From positions 14,499 to 78,498 of the forward strand of contig JBDRMS010000001.1 in assembly GCA_043811915.1 (NCBI GenBank): 64,000 nucleotides of DNA, given 5' to 3'. This document shows, one piece after another, positions 37,180-48,790 of the stretch. Within the stretch, counting starts at the first letter, position 1. Each line of letters begins with the position of its first letter. The DNA comes from a bacterium (lineage in GTDB: Bacteria > Patescibacteriota > Andersenbacteria > UBA10190). A program made the position numbers and the translations under genes. Below the pieces are notes generated by a model that was given only the letters and a program-made list of their open reading frames with translations, was not told the DNA's origin and made no database searches.

Positions 37180-38046
37180 ATGATTGTAATTTTAGGGCCA
37201 ACGGCCTCGGGAAAAACTGATTTGGGTATTAAACTGGCTAAAGAGAGGAATGGGGCGGTTATTTCGGCGGATTCGCGTCAGTTGTACAAGGGAATGAATA
37301 TTGGGACAGCCAAGCCAGAATTAAATAATTCAAGTGCGGACGGCGTTGAACATTATGGTTTTGATATGCGCGAGCCGGATAACCTGATAACACTGGCGGA
37401 ATGGCAGCGAGAGGCATTTGCCATGATTGATGACGTCATCGCCCGGAATATGACCCCCCTGCTAGTGGGCGGCACTATGTTGTACATAGACAGCGTGGTG
37501 GATAACTATGATATTCCGGCGGTGGGGCCGAATAAGCAACTGCGGCGGAAGCTGGAAAAAAAGCCGGCTGATGAATTGTACGAGGAGTTGTTAAGAAAGG
37601 ATCCGGCGGCTAAAATTTTTATTGAACCGGGTAATAAGCGACGGATAATAAGGGCGCTGGAAGTTATCGAGGCAACAGGGAATCCGTTTTCGGAGCAGCG
37701 GAAAAAGCGCGAGCCGCGTTATGATGTGGAGATGGTCGGCCTTTTTCCTGGCTGGGATAAATTGCGAGATAGAATAACGAAGCGGGCCCGACAAATGCTT
37801 GAGGCTGGCCTGATCGATGAAACGAGGCGACTGCAGGAAAAATATGGGAAAGATTTATCTTTATTGCAGACTATGAACTACAAACAAGCGGCAGCTGTGT
37901 TGGAAAACAAAATGACGGAACAGGAGGCAGTTGAAGAGATGATAAAAGTGAATATGCGTTATGCGAGGCGGCAAATGAGCTGGTGGCGGAGGCGGAAAGA
38001 TATCAGATGGTTTACCAATTCGAAATCTGTTTTTTCAGAATATTAA
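37180..38046 (+). CDS. miaA: tRNA dimethylallyltransferase
   Basis: P-loop VILGPTASGKT, SADSRQLYKGMNIGTAKP, MiaA core. Confidence 0.9.
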   Translation: MIVILGPTASGKTDLGIKLAKERNGAVISADSRQLYKGMNIGTAKPELNNSSADGVEHYGFDMREPDNLITLAEWQREAFAMIDDVIARNMTPLLVGGTMLYIDSVVDNYDIPAVGPNKQLRRKLEKKPADELYEELLRKDPAAKIFIEPGNKRRIIRALEVIEATGNPFSEQRKKREPRYDVEMVGLFPGWDKLRDRITKRARQMLEAGLIDETRRLQEKYGKDLSLLQTMNYKQAAAVLENKMTEQEAVEEMIKVNMRYARRQMSWWRRRKDIRWFTNSKSVFSEY

Positions 38047-39442
38047 TGACAAGTCCGGGGTTGGCTTTGCCTTTTGTTTTCTGCATGACCTGGCCCACCA
38101 GGAATTGAAGGGCGGATTTTTTGCCGGCCTTAACTTTAGCGACAACTTCTTCGTTCTCGTTTATGACTTCCTGAATGATTTTTTCCAAGTCATTTTTATT
38201 ACTCACTTGTTCAAGTCCGAGATTTTGTAATATGTGATCGGGGTCGCCGCCGGTTTTTTGCATTTCGGCCAGCACCGGCGACAGAGCGTTTTTGTTCATC
38301 CTGCCCTGATGTAACAGGACGATGACTTCAGCAAAATTGACCGGGGTGATTTTACGGCCGGGCCGGTAGCGCAAAATAACGTTAGCGGCCGTTTTGACTA
38401 ATGACTTTAGGTCTTTGGGATCAATATCCGTCTGTTCGTTGTCCAGCTGCTGCAACTCGGATGCGGTGTTTTCAAAAAAGTCGGCCAGGGCAGGGCTGTC
38501 GGCCAGCAGCCTGGCGTGCTGCCGGGATATGTCGTGCTGTCGCAAAAGCCGCTCCCGTTTGTCGTGAGGAAGTTCGGGCAGATCAATTTTTATTTGTTCT
38601 AAATACTTGGAAGTAAAAACAAAAGGCGGAATATCAGGTTCCGGGAAATAGCGATAGTCGGCGGCCTCTTCCTTGCTGCGTTGTTCGGTTGTTTTGCCGG
38701 TATCGGCATTGAACCCGCGAGTGGATTGCTGGTCTGGTATTTTGTTGTCCTGGAATAGTTTTGTCTGGCGTTTAATTTCGTACTTCAGAGCCCGCTCGAC
38801 ATTGCGAAATGAGTTAAGATTTTTTATCTCCGTTTTGGGGTTGAGCTTTTTACTCCCCTGTTCCCGCAGGGAAATGTTGGTATCACAGCGCAATTGTCCT
38901 TTTTCCATGTCGGCAGCGGAAATTTCTAATGTGCGCGTAATCCTCTGTAGCTCCTGGAGAAAGGCTTTGGCCTGTGAGGGTGAATTAATGTCCGGCTCGG
39001 TGACTATTTCCATGAGCGGAGTACCAGCGCGATTGTAGTCAACCAGGGTGTAGTTGGCTTTGGGAGTGTGTATATTCTTGGCGGCATCTTCTTCTAAATG
39101 GATGCGGGTGATGCCAACATCAAGTAATAAGCCACGCCCGCAAAAGGGTTGATCGTATTGGCTGATCTGGTAGCCCTTGGGCAGGTCGGGATAGAAGTAA
39201 CTTTTGCGATCAAATTTACTTGTCTTGGCTAAATCGCAGCCAAGAGCGGCGCCGGCTAATTGCGTCCACTCAATGGCTTGTATATTCGGCACGGGCAGGG
39301 TGCCTGGATAGCCCAGACAAATGGGACAAATGGCGGAGTTGGGCTCAACATCACCGAAGATATTGGGACAACTGCAAAACATCTTACTTTTTGTTTTGAG
39401 CTGGACGTGGATTTCCAGACCAATGACTGCTTCCAGTTGCAT
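38012..39442 (-). CDS. gatB: Asp/Glu-tRNA(Asn/Gln) amidotransferase subunit B
   Basis: MQLEAVIGLEIHVQLKT...FCSCPN N-terminus and GatB/YqeY C-terminus. Confidence 0.9.
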   Translation of the reverse strand: MQLEAVIGLEIHVQLKTKSKMFCSCPNIFGDVEPNSAICPICLGYPGTLPVPNIQAIEWTQLAGAALGCDLAKTSKFDRKSYFYPDLPKGYQISQYDQPFCGRGLLLDVGITRIHLEEDAAKNIHTPKANYTLVDYNRAGTPLMEIVTEPDINSPSQAKAFLQELQRITRTLEISAADMEKGQLRCDTNISLREQGSKKLNPKTEIKNLNSFRNVERALKYEIKRQTKLFQDNKIPDQQSTRGFNADTGKTTEQRSKEEAADYRYFPEPDIPPFVFTSKYLEQIKIDLPELPHDKRERLLRQHDISRQHARLLADSPALADFFENTASELQQLDNEQTDIDPKDLKSLVKTAANVILRYRPGRKITPVNFAEVIVLLHQGRMNKNALSPVLAEMQKTGGDPDHILQNLGLEQVSNKNDLEKIIQEVINENEEVVAKVKAGKKSALQFLVGQVMQKTKGKANPGLVINILKKQISNW

Positions 39443-39481
39443 ATAATGGAAGACTAGCTAATAGTGAGATTAAGGACAATC

Positions 39482-40054
39482 ATGATTTTATCTGATCGGG
39501 ACATTAGAGCAGCTTTGCGGGAGGGGCAGATAGTAGTAACACCCAAACCAGACTTGAAGAAGCAGCTGGGCAGTTCCAGTCTGGATTTGAGGCTGGGTAG
39601 CGAGTTTCGGGTTTTTAAACACCGTAAGCAGCCTTTTGTTGATCCTTTTGATGAGCGGACGACCAAAGGGATGACGGAGCAGGTTAAAGTGACCAGGAAA
39701 GAGCCATATATTATTCACCCTAACGAATTCGTTCTGGCTTCCACGCTGGAGTGGGTGGAATGGTCTGATAATCTGGCTGCCCGAGTAGACGGACGCAGTA
39801 GTCTGGGCAGACTGGGTTTAGTCATTCATTCCACGGCTGGTCATATTGATGCCGGTTGGCGGGGAGTGCTGACTTTGGAGTTGCGCAACATTGGCATGGT
39901 ACCGATATTGTTGTACCCGCGAATGCGGATTTGCCAGCTTATTTTTGAGTGCCTGTCCTCGCCGGCGGAGCAGCCATACACGAAGAAGCCGGGGGCCAAG
40001 TATCACAGCCAGATGGCGTCTGCCGAGACGGCTATAGCGAGAGAAAAATTATGA
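39482..40054 (+). CDS. dcd: dCTP deaminase
   Basis: MILSDRDIRAAL start; trimeric dUTPase-like fold motifs (GRSSLGRLGL). Confidence 0.85.
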   Translation: MILSDRDIRAALREGQIVVTPKPDLKKQLGSSSLDLRLGSEFRVFKHRKQPFVDPFDERTTKGMTEQVKVTRKEPYIIHPNEFVLASTLEWVEWSDNLAARVDGRSSLGRLGLVIHSTAGHIDAGWRGVLTLELRNIGMVPILLYPRMRICQLIFECLSSPAEQPYTKKPGAKYHSQMASAETAIAREKL

Positions 40055-40473
40055 TTTTGTTCAAAGTCAAAAAACTTTCACCAGACGCGAGACTGCCGAC
40101 CAAGGAAAATCCGGCTGACGCGGGGGTAGATATTTATACGAATGAATCATATACATTACAGCCGGGTGAGCGACATATGTTTTCCACAGGCATGGCTGTT
40201 GAATTTCCAGAAGGATACGTGGCGCTGTTTTGGGATCGGTCGGGCCTGGGCAGCAAGGGCATTCACCGGCTGGCGGGAGTTGTTGACAGCGGGTACCGCG
40301 GAGAGTGGAAGGTAGTGTTGCTCAACACAACGGACGAATCCTACGAGGTGAAGAAGGGCGACAAGATAGTACAATGTTTATTGCAGAAGTTTGAGCCGGT
40401 GAAGATTGAGGAAGTGGAGGTTTTAAGCGAGACGGCACGGGCCGAAGCCGGCTTCGGCAGCTCGGGGAGATAG
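40051..40473 (+). CDS. dut: dUTP diphosphatase
   Basis: ATG overlaps dcd stop (ATGA); dUTPase motifs AGVDI, GVVDSGYRGE, RAEAGFGSSG. Confidence 0.85.
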   Translation: MILFKVKKLSPDARLPTKENPADAGVDIYTNESYTLQPGERHMFSTGMAVEFPEGYVALFWDRSGLGSKGIHRLAGVVDSGYRGEWKVVLLNTTDESYEVKKGDKIVQCLLQKFEPVKIEEVEVLSETARAEAGFGSSGR

Positions 40474-40479
40474 CCAGGC

Positions 40480-41079
40480 TTAAGGTGAGGGTGAGGGCTC
40501 AGAAAATACACAAAATTCGCCGCCGGGGGGAGGAGGAATGATCGTAGGAATGACAGAGGGGTTTGGGCTGGGTAGAACGCAAACAGTTGGTTCAGGAACA
40601 CCACCACCAGTGGTCCCCCAGCTTGTTGAATCGGACAAGAGCACACAGGGACCAAGGGGCCCGGAACAGGCAGCGCTTTGCTTATACTCCCCGGATTGAT
40701 CTATACAAATATAGTCTCCGCTACTGGGTAGCCGCGCTGAGGCGCAGAACTTATCCCAGAGTCCATATACCCAGAAAAGTGAAGACATCTCATTTAAGTC
40801 GCTGGCGATAACTTGAGCTTCTTTCAGGACACGCTGGCCACATAATGAAAATCCTCCACTGCCAAAGCAATAGCCGATGTCGGAATATCCTCCGGAATTT
40901 TTCCAGGCAACTTCGGCCAATGAGCGTATCTGACCCAGGTCTGATTTAACACGAGCATCCTTGGCTTTTTCGCGAGCGTTACCCAGGGCGACCAGCACCA
41001 AAGCAGCCAGAACGCCGATGATGGCGACGACGACGAGCAGTTCGATCAGGGTGAAGCCAGTGGGTTTTTTGTATCTCAT
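40480..41079 (-). CDS. Type IV pilin/pseudopilin-like protein (Cys- and Pro-rich C-terminus)
   Basis: Prepilin leader ...KPTG|[18 protein letters not shown] with E+5; ATG 41079. Confidence 0.7.
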   Translation of the reverse strand: MRYKKPTGFTLIELLVVVAIIGVLAALVLVALGNAREKAKDARVKSDLGQIRSLAEVAWKNSGGYSDIGYCFGSGGFSLCGQRVLKEAQVIASDLNEMSSLFWVYGLWDKFCASARLPSSGDYICIDQSGEYKQSAACSGPLGPCVLLSDSTSWGTTGGGVPEPTVCVLPSPNPSVIPTIIPPPPGGEFCVFSEPSPSP

Positions 41080-41097
41080 TCCATGATTATACAACAC

Positions 41098-41751
41098 TTA
41101 AAGGGGCAGAAGAAGCGGCTGAATATGCCGCCAGATTTCGTGGTGAATATCCTCGATAGAACGTTGCTGTCCCCTATCGTTGACGCTGCTGATAACAACC
41201 CAGCCGTCTTCTTTGGCGATTCTTAGATAACTGGTGCGAAAGGTGGTAAGTTTCTGCTTGTTTTCGTGATAATCTTTCTTTTTGTTGGCCAAATGCTTTA
41301 GTGAAATTTCAACAGGCGTGTCCAGAAAAATGACAAGATCTGGCTTGATTAGGCCTGGTTTGCCTTTCAGACACAGCCACTTGATCCAGCTAATCATTTT
41401 TTGCCTGTTTTTCCCCGTTAATCCGGCTGTTTGGTAGGCAATGGTACTGGTGTAAAAACGGTCACTGACGACAACGGGACGGCCGGTCTTTTTGTTTAGG
41501 TGGTTTTGTATGTCTTCGGCGCGGGAAAAAAAATCTTGAATGTATAACAGGGCTTGCTCTCGTTTGGAAAAAGGATATTTGTTTTTGAGGTGAAGAAATT
41601 TGTCGTAGATAAGCCGCCCCGTGGCACGATCTTCATGAGGAAAATGAAGTTGCAGGACATTATATTTCCTGCCGCGCAAGCGGCGAACCAGAACGTCGGT
41701 CTGTGTTTGACTGCCGCCGGCGTCTAGAGCTTCGATGACAATAAATGGCAT
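41098..41751 (-). CDS. Thymidylate kinase-family paralog with degenerate P-loop (no Lys)
   Basis: FIVIEALDAGGSQTQ in place of GxDGxGKsT; retains DRFYTSTIAYQ and LID-like region. Confidence 0.6.
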   Translation of the reverse strand: MPFIVIEALDAGGSQTQTDVLVRRLRGRKYNVLQLHFPHEDRATGRLIYDKFLHLKNKYPFSKREQALLYIQDFFSRAEDIQNHLNKKTGRPVVVSDRFYTSTIAYQTAGLTGKNRQKMISWIKWLCLKGKPGLIKPDLVIFLDTPVEISLKHLANKKKDYHENKQKLTTFRTSYLRIAKEDGWVVISSVNDRGQQRSIEDIHHEIWRHIQPLLLPL

Positions 41752-41753
41752 AG

Positions 41754-42449
41754 CTAGTTATTGTCGGCCAGGGCGGGAAATTTTTCCAGCAGGCCAGTCC
41801 AGATCAGTTCGGCGGTGTCGTTTATGCCGAGCAAGCTATTGCCAATAGCGCATTTTATGCGCAGGTAGTGGCCGGGGTTGCTTTGGCACAGCAGATCATA
41901 TTCGTTATACAAGCGTTGTTGCACTTTTATGTGGTCGGTGTATTCATCTTTGTCGTTCAGTTTTTCTTTGCGCTTTTCAAGCAGGGTGGTAGAAATTTGA
42001 GGCGGTACATCGAGAAAGATTGATATATTTTCCAGGGGCATGCCGTTGTCCTCATATTCTGTTTTTCTAACTGCCTGGTAAATATCTGGTCGTTCGAGGT
42101 CAGGGTCTTCAGACAGGGCTTCAATGACTATAAAAGCAAGACTGCTGGGAACATAGCGATCGTAAATAATAATGTCTCCTTTGTTTAAAGCATTAATCAC
42201 TTCTTCCCTGTGTTCGGCGCGGTTGGCGGAGAAGTATTTTAATTTTTCCAACCATGGCGTGCTGGCCCAGTCCCCTATTTTATTCTGCAGGCGTTTTTTT
42301 AATACCCGGCCGGACCTGGTTTGATAATCCGGGGTGGCGAAGCGATAGACGTGGCGACCATGAGACAGCAGGCGCTTGGTTAATAGCCGAGATTGTGTCT
42401 CTTTGCCCGAAGAATCGGTACCGTCGAATGAGATGAGAAGACCACTCAT
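41754..42449 (-). CDS. tmk: Thymidylate kinase
   Basis: ATG 42449 overlaps rplA stop (ATGA); LISFDGTDSSGKETQ P-loop, DRYVPSS motif. Confidence 0.75.
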   Translation of the reverse strand: MSGLLISFDGTDSSGKETQSRLLTKRLLSHGRHVYRFATPDYQTRSGRVLKKRLQNKIGDWASTPWLEKLKYFSANRAEHREEVINALNKGDIIIYDRYVPSSLAFIVIEALSEDPDLERPDIYQAVRKTEYEDNGMPLENISIFLDVPPQISTTLLEKRKEKLNDKDEYTDHIKVQQRLYNEYDLLCQSNPGHYLRIKCAIGNSLLGINDTAELIWTGLLEKFPALADNN

Positions 42450-43120
42450 GCCGTAAGGCGGATTGCCGGGCTCATGGTGCTGGTGAGTGAGATGGTGCGG
42501 ATGAATTCTCCCTTGGCGGCGGCAGGACGGGCACCGGTCACGGCTTTGATAAACTCTCGGGCGTTGGCAATGATTTTGTCTTGTTCCCAACTGATTTTGC
42601 CTACGGCAGCATGGATATTGCCTTGTTGGTCCATCTTAAATGAGACCTGGCCGGACTGAAGAGCTTTAACAACACTGGCCGGGTTTGGAGTCACGGTGCC
42701 CGTTTTAGGATTGGGCATCAATCCCTTAGGTCCTAATATTTTGGCCGCCTTGGCAATGCGCGGCATCATGTCTGGCGTAGCGATGGTAATGTCTGCGTCC
42801 AGTGACCCATCTTTTACGATCTGATCGATTAATTCCTGTCCGCCGGAAACAGCACCTGACTGGGCCATTTCTTTTTGCAATTCGGCATTATCAGTGAAGA
42901 CAACGATGCTTTGCTGTTTGACGGCACCAGCTGGCAGCCTTACTGTTCCTCGCACCATCTGATCTGATTTAGATGGGTTGATACCTAAAAGAATGTGTAC
43001 TTCAATAGTTTCGTCAAAGCTGGAACGAGCATTTTCTTTGAGAAAGGCTACGGCAGTTGAAATATCAACTGGTTCTGCCGGGACTTTTTGCTTGATAGCC
43101 TGATAAGTTTTGCTTCTCAT
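42446..43120 (-). CDS. rplA: 50S ribosomal protein L1
   Basis: L1 family (VHILLGINPSKSDQMVRG, GPKGLMPNPKTGTVT); ATG 43120 (GTG 43123 alternative). Confidence 0.9.
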   Translation of the reverse strand: MRSKTYQAIKQKVPAEPVDISTAVAFLKENARSSFDETIEVHILLGINPSKSDQMVRGTVRLPAGAVKQQSIVVFTDNAELQKEMAQSGAVSGGQELIDQIVKDGSLDADITIATPDMMPRIAKAAKILGPKGLMPNPKTGTVTPNPASVVKALQSGQVSFKMDQQGNIHAAVGKISWEQDKIIANAREFIKAVTGARPAAAKGEFIRTISLTSTMSPAIRLTA

Positions 43121-43539
43121 CACTTAATTGTTATCCCCATTGAACGTGCAGTGCCTTCAATAATTTTCACGGCGGCGTCTATGCCGCGAGCAGACAAGTC
43201 GGTCATTTTGCGCTCGGCAATTTCTTTTACCTGCTCGCGCGTTACGGTGCCTACCTTGGCTGTATTTGGCGTGCCAGAACCCTTGCCAACTTTAGCGGCC
43301 TTTTTTAGCAGTTCAGCGGCCGGCGGTGTTTTAAGCTTAAGCGACATGGAACGATCTTCATAAATAGTGACTTCGACGGGGATAACGTCACCGACCATAT
43401 TTTTAGTCATGTCGTTAAACTGGCTGACGAAACTTTGGATGTCTACTCCATGCTGTCCCAGAGCAGGACCAATGGGAGGGGCAGGAGTAGCCTTGCCGGC
43501 GGGAGCCTGGATTTTTAATTTTGTAAGTATTTCTGGCAT
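43120..43539 (-). CDS. rplK: 50S ribosomal protein L11
   Basis: [26 protein letters not shown] typical L11. Confidence 0.9.
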   Translation of the reverse strand: MPEILTKLKIQAPAGKATPAPPIGPALGQHGVDIQSFVSQFNDMTKNMVGDVIPVEVTIYEDRSMSLKLKTPPAAELLKKAAKVGKGSGTPNTAKVGTVTREQVKEIAERKMTDLSARGIDAAVKIIEGTARSMGITIK

Positions 43540-43544
43540 AGTGT

Positions 43545-44078
43545 TTAAGCTTCTTTGTGAACTTGCAGGAAGTCAAGTTCAACGGGTGTTTCTCTACCAA
43601 AGACGTTCACCAGTACTTTAATAGTTCCTTTGGCCTCGTTAACTTCGGATACCTTGCCTTCAAAATCCTTGAAGGGGCCATCGGTAATTTTAACGGCGTC
43701 ACCTTCTTTGACATCAATTTTGTATTTGGGGTCTTCCTCGCCCATACGCTTGAGCAGCCGGTCAACTTCTTCCTGGGAAACAGGGGTGGGAGTGGTGCCG
43801 GAGCCGACGAAACCGGTAACGTTGGGGGTGTTGCGGACAACATACCAGGAATCTTCAGTGACGATCATTTCTACTAAAACATAACCGGGGAAGAGACGCT
43901 CTTCAATGGTTTGACGCTTGCCGTGCTTAACACGAATCTTTTTCTCGCGCGGGACAATGACCTGCAGGATTTTGTCTTCCATGCCCATAGACTCAGTGCG
44001 CTGCTTGAGATTGCGAGTCACATTATCTTCATATCCGGAGTAGGTATGCAGGACATACCAGTGGGCTTTGGCGCTCAT
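43545..44078 (-). CDS. nusG: Transcription antitermination factor NusG
   Basis: [14 protein letters not shown] start and C-terminal KOW ([18 protein letters not shown]). Confidence 0.9.
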   Translation of the reverse strand: MSAKAHWYVLHTYSGYEDNVTRNLKQRTESMGMEDKILQVIVPREKKIRVKHGKRQTIEERLFPGYVLVEMIVTEDSWYVVRNTPNVTGFVGSGTTPTPVSQEEVDRLLKRMGEEDPKYKIDVKEGDAVKITDGPFKDFEGKVSEVNEAKGTIKVLVNVFGRETPVELDFLQVHKEA

Positions 44079-44299
44079 ATAACTCTTTCTAAAGAGAGAC
44101 TAAACAGGTAATCAACACCGCCGATAACAAAGCCGGTGATCAGGCAGGCTATAATAACAATAACGGTGTAGCGAAGCGTGGTTTGGCGGCTGGGCCAGGA
44201 AACTTTCTTCAGCTCATCACGCGCTTCCCTGATAAAATTTGTGACCATACCGGGAAATCGCGAGAGTCTGGAGAGTGAAATTTTGTTTTTCTTTGCCAT
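44075..44299 (-). CDS. secE: Preprotein translocase subunit SecE
   Basis: 74 aa; REARDELKKVSWPSRQ then single TM; upstream of nusG. Confidence 0.85.
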   Translation of the reverse strand: MAKKNKISLSRLSRFPGMVTNFIREARDELKKVSWPSRQTTLRYTVIVIIACLITGFVIGGVDYLFSLSLERVI

Positions 44300-44349
44300 T
44301 ATGTCTTTTCCTTGTGAGTCTAAAAAAGACCTCGGGGGCCTCTGACGGA

Positions 44350-44378
44350 ATGGTAGCTGTCTTGATATTAAATGTCAA
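44350..44378 (-). promoter_or_regulatory. Candidate sigma70-like promoter for secE-nusG-rplKA (TTGACA -17- TACCAT on minus strand)
   Basis: rc of 44373-44378 = TTGACA, rc of 44350-44355 = TACCAT, 17-nt spacer, about 45 nt upstream of secE ATG. Confidence 0.3.
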
Positions 44379-44382
44379 ATTT

Positions 44383-46338
<1,956 letters not shown>

Positions 46339-46435
46339 TTATTAAGAGAAAAAGGAGCGGAGTTAGCCACCCTTTCCTTGGCTATAATTCTATCACAAAA
46401 TAGGCGAAAATAGAAGTTGCTAAAGGGGGATTTTG

Positions 46436-48790
46436 CTATCTTAATTGAGTGTCTAATTCTGCCTGTAAGGCGGCTACAATTTTGTTATGAATTTGGCCAA
46501 TTTCGGCGTCGGTGAGCGTCTTGTCTGGTGACTGGTAGGTAAGGTGAAAAGCCAGGCTTTTTTTAGTCTCATCGGATGGCTGGTATTCATCAAACAGGTC
46601 GACATCAACTACCAGTTGGCCGCCGGCGCGTTCTATTATTTCCTGAACTTGCTCAATCGCAATATTCTGGTCTACGAGGATAGATAAATCACGATAGATG
46701 GCAGGATATTTGGGAAGTGGCGTGAATTGAGTGAGGCTTGCCTCTTCCGACTGAAGATCAGCTAGCGAGTAAATTGCGACAGGGGACGGCCGGTCTACCT
46801 GTCGTAGTAATTCATCCAGGTTTATTTCAAAACCGTGAACGGGCAGGTGATACTTGAGCGCTGAGGTTATTTCGGGTGTTACGACGTCAGTAAGACTAAG
46901 AGAATCCAAGCCCAAGGTTTGGGCAATAATGCTGCCTGTATCTGATAGGCTAGGTGTTGACCCGACAATAACGGCGGCCAAGTGCAAATTTTCATCAACT
47001 CCGGGGATTCTGTTCCCCACCCCGGATTTATAGACATGGCCTATTTCAAACAGGGATGATTCTTTGCGTCCGGCGTGCCGGTGGAAGGCATCGCGATTGG
47101 TGGCGAGATTTTTGAGCAGGCCGGGCAGCAGGCTAAGACGAAGATTGCTCATGTCTGGTGATACTGGATTAATGAGAGATAAGAATTCTTTGCCTGCCAA
47201 ATTAGCCAGAGCAGTATATTGCTTAGGCTCAAAAGAATAGTTGAAGGTTTCTGTTAAGCCTAATTGCACAAGGGTATCTCGTACTACCTCGATCCAGTAA
47301 ATACGGTCCGGGATTGGTCGCGCTGCTACGTTAGCAGCCGTTGGAGAGGAAATTATGTTAGTAAGACCAATGACGCGAATTACTTCTTCCACTAAATCAT
47401 GTTCGCCGGAAATGTCGAGACGGTCGGTGGGGGCAGTTACTTGCCATGGTTCTTTTTTGTCGTCAACTATGAAGCGCAGATCTGTTAGTATTTGTCTGGA
47501 TTGTTCGGCGGTAGCAATGTCGGAGCCGGCCATTTTATTGACATGATGAGGGCGAAATTCAAATAGTCGAGGCGGACGAACGGCCGGGTGAGAATCGATA
47601 ACACCGGTTAGGGAGGCCCCGGCATGTTCCTGCAGGAGGCCGACGGCGCGCCTGGCGGCGTCGGTGACCAGGTTGATGTCAAGGTTTTTGCTGAAACGAA
47701 CAGATGCTTCGGTCAAAAGGGAAAGGCGGCGAGAGGTCTCCTGAACGGAAAAGGCGTTGAAGGAAGCCACCTCAAGAAAAATGTTTCTGGTGGTGCTGGA
47801 AATACTGCTGTCTATTCCTCCCATAACACCGGCAATGGCAACCGGCTTGTTGTCGCTGGTGATGACGATATCCTGTTCGGTCAGCTCCTGTTCTGTCTCA
47901 TCCAGCATAACAAGTCTTTCTCCGGCTTTGGCCAGTCGAGTGCCAATGGTTTTGCCGGGTAACCTGTCAGTATCAAAGGCGTGTGCAGGATTGCCAAGTT
48001 CAAACGTAACGTAGTTGGTAATATCGACCAGGTTGTTTAACGGCTTACCGCCGGCGGCAAGCAGGCGAGCCTGCAGCCACAGTGGCGAGGGGCGCACTGA
48101 AACTTCCTGCAGGATGGCGCCGAGATATCGTGGAGTTTTAGCTGTATCTTCAATTGTTATTGAGAATCCATCTATTGTTTTCCGGGGTGATGGCAGATCA
48201 GTAAGTGACGGCTCTAAAATTTCCAGTTTGAGCAGGGCGGATAGTTCGCGGGCAATACCGCGATGGCTTAAGCAGTCGTGAGCACGATTAGGGGTTATGT
48301 CGGCATCGAGAACAGTATCAACTGGCACGTGGTCAGCTAGTTGTGTCCCCAGGGGCGTGTCGTCCGGCAAAATCCATATACCACCGTGTTCTTTGGGGTG
48401 CAGCCCCAGCTCGCGTAGAGAGTTTATCGTGCCGGGACTTTTTTCTCCGCGAATAGTAACTTCTTTGACGGTAAACTTGTTGTTGTTTTTATCTTTAAGT
48501 CTGGTCCCCGGCGGCGAGTATGGAACGACTTGCCCTACGGCAATATTGTCGGCGCCGCAAACAATAATTATTTCCCGCTGACCGTCGGTTATGGTGGCCA
48601 GGCGGAGGCGGTCGGCATTGGGGTGCGGCTCTATTTTAGTTATTTTAACGACGACGACGCCCGGCGGCACAGCAAACTGGCCGGCTACTTCTGTCTCGAA
48701 ACTGTGCATAGTCAAAATTTCTGCTGCCTCTTCTGGAGAAATAGTGAGATCAGGTAAAAATTCCTTTAACCAGTTATATGAAATTTTCAT
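46436..48790 (-). CDS. pheT: Phenylalanyl-tRNA synthetase beta subunit
   Basis: MKISYNWLKEFLPDL start, tRNA-binding, B3/4 and B5 domains; 784 aa. Confidence 0.9.
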   Translation of the reverse strand: MKISYNWLKEFLPDLTISPEEAAEILTMHSFETEVAGQFAVPPGVVVVKITKIEPHPNADRLRLATITDGQREIIIVCGADNIAVGQVVPYSPPGTRLKDKNNNKFTVKEVTIRGEKSPGTINSLRELGLHPKEHGGIWILPDDTPLGTQLADHVPVDTVLDADITPNRAHDCLSHRGIARELSALLKLEILEPSLTDLPSPRKTIDGFSITIEDTAKTPRYLGAILQEVSVRPSPLWLQARLLAAGGKPLNNLVDITNYVTFELGNPAHAFDTDRLPGKTIGTRLAKAGERLVMLDETEQELTEQDIVITSDNKPVAIAGVMGGIDSSISSTTRNIFLEVASFNAFSVQETSRRLSLLTEASVRFSKNLDINLVTDAARRAVGLLQEHAGASLTGVIDSHPAVRPPRLFEFRPHHVNKMAGSDIATAEQSRQILTDLRFIVDDKKEPWQVTAPTDRLDISGEHDLVEEVIRVIGLTNIISSPTAANVAARPIPDRIYWIEVVRDTLVQLGLTETFNYSFEPKQYTALANLAGKEFLSLINPVSPDMSNLRLSLLPGLLKNLATNRDAFHRHAGRKESSLFEIGHVYKSGVGNRIPGVDENLHLAAVIVGSTPSLSDTGSIIAQTLGLDSLSLTDVVTPEITSALKYHLPVHGFEINLDELLRQVDRPSPVAIYSLADLQSEEASLTQFTPLPKYPAIYRDLSILVDQNIAIEQVQEIIERAGGQLVVDVDLFDEYQPSDETKKSLAFHLTYQSPDKTLTDAEIGQIHNKIVAALQAELDTQLR

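Noticed and set aside
44321-44346. Possible intrinsic terminator after gyrB (T-run tcttttttag on minus strand)
   Set aside because: I could not find a convincing complementary stem preceding the T-run (GAGGCC...GAGGTC is a direct, not inverted, repeat).
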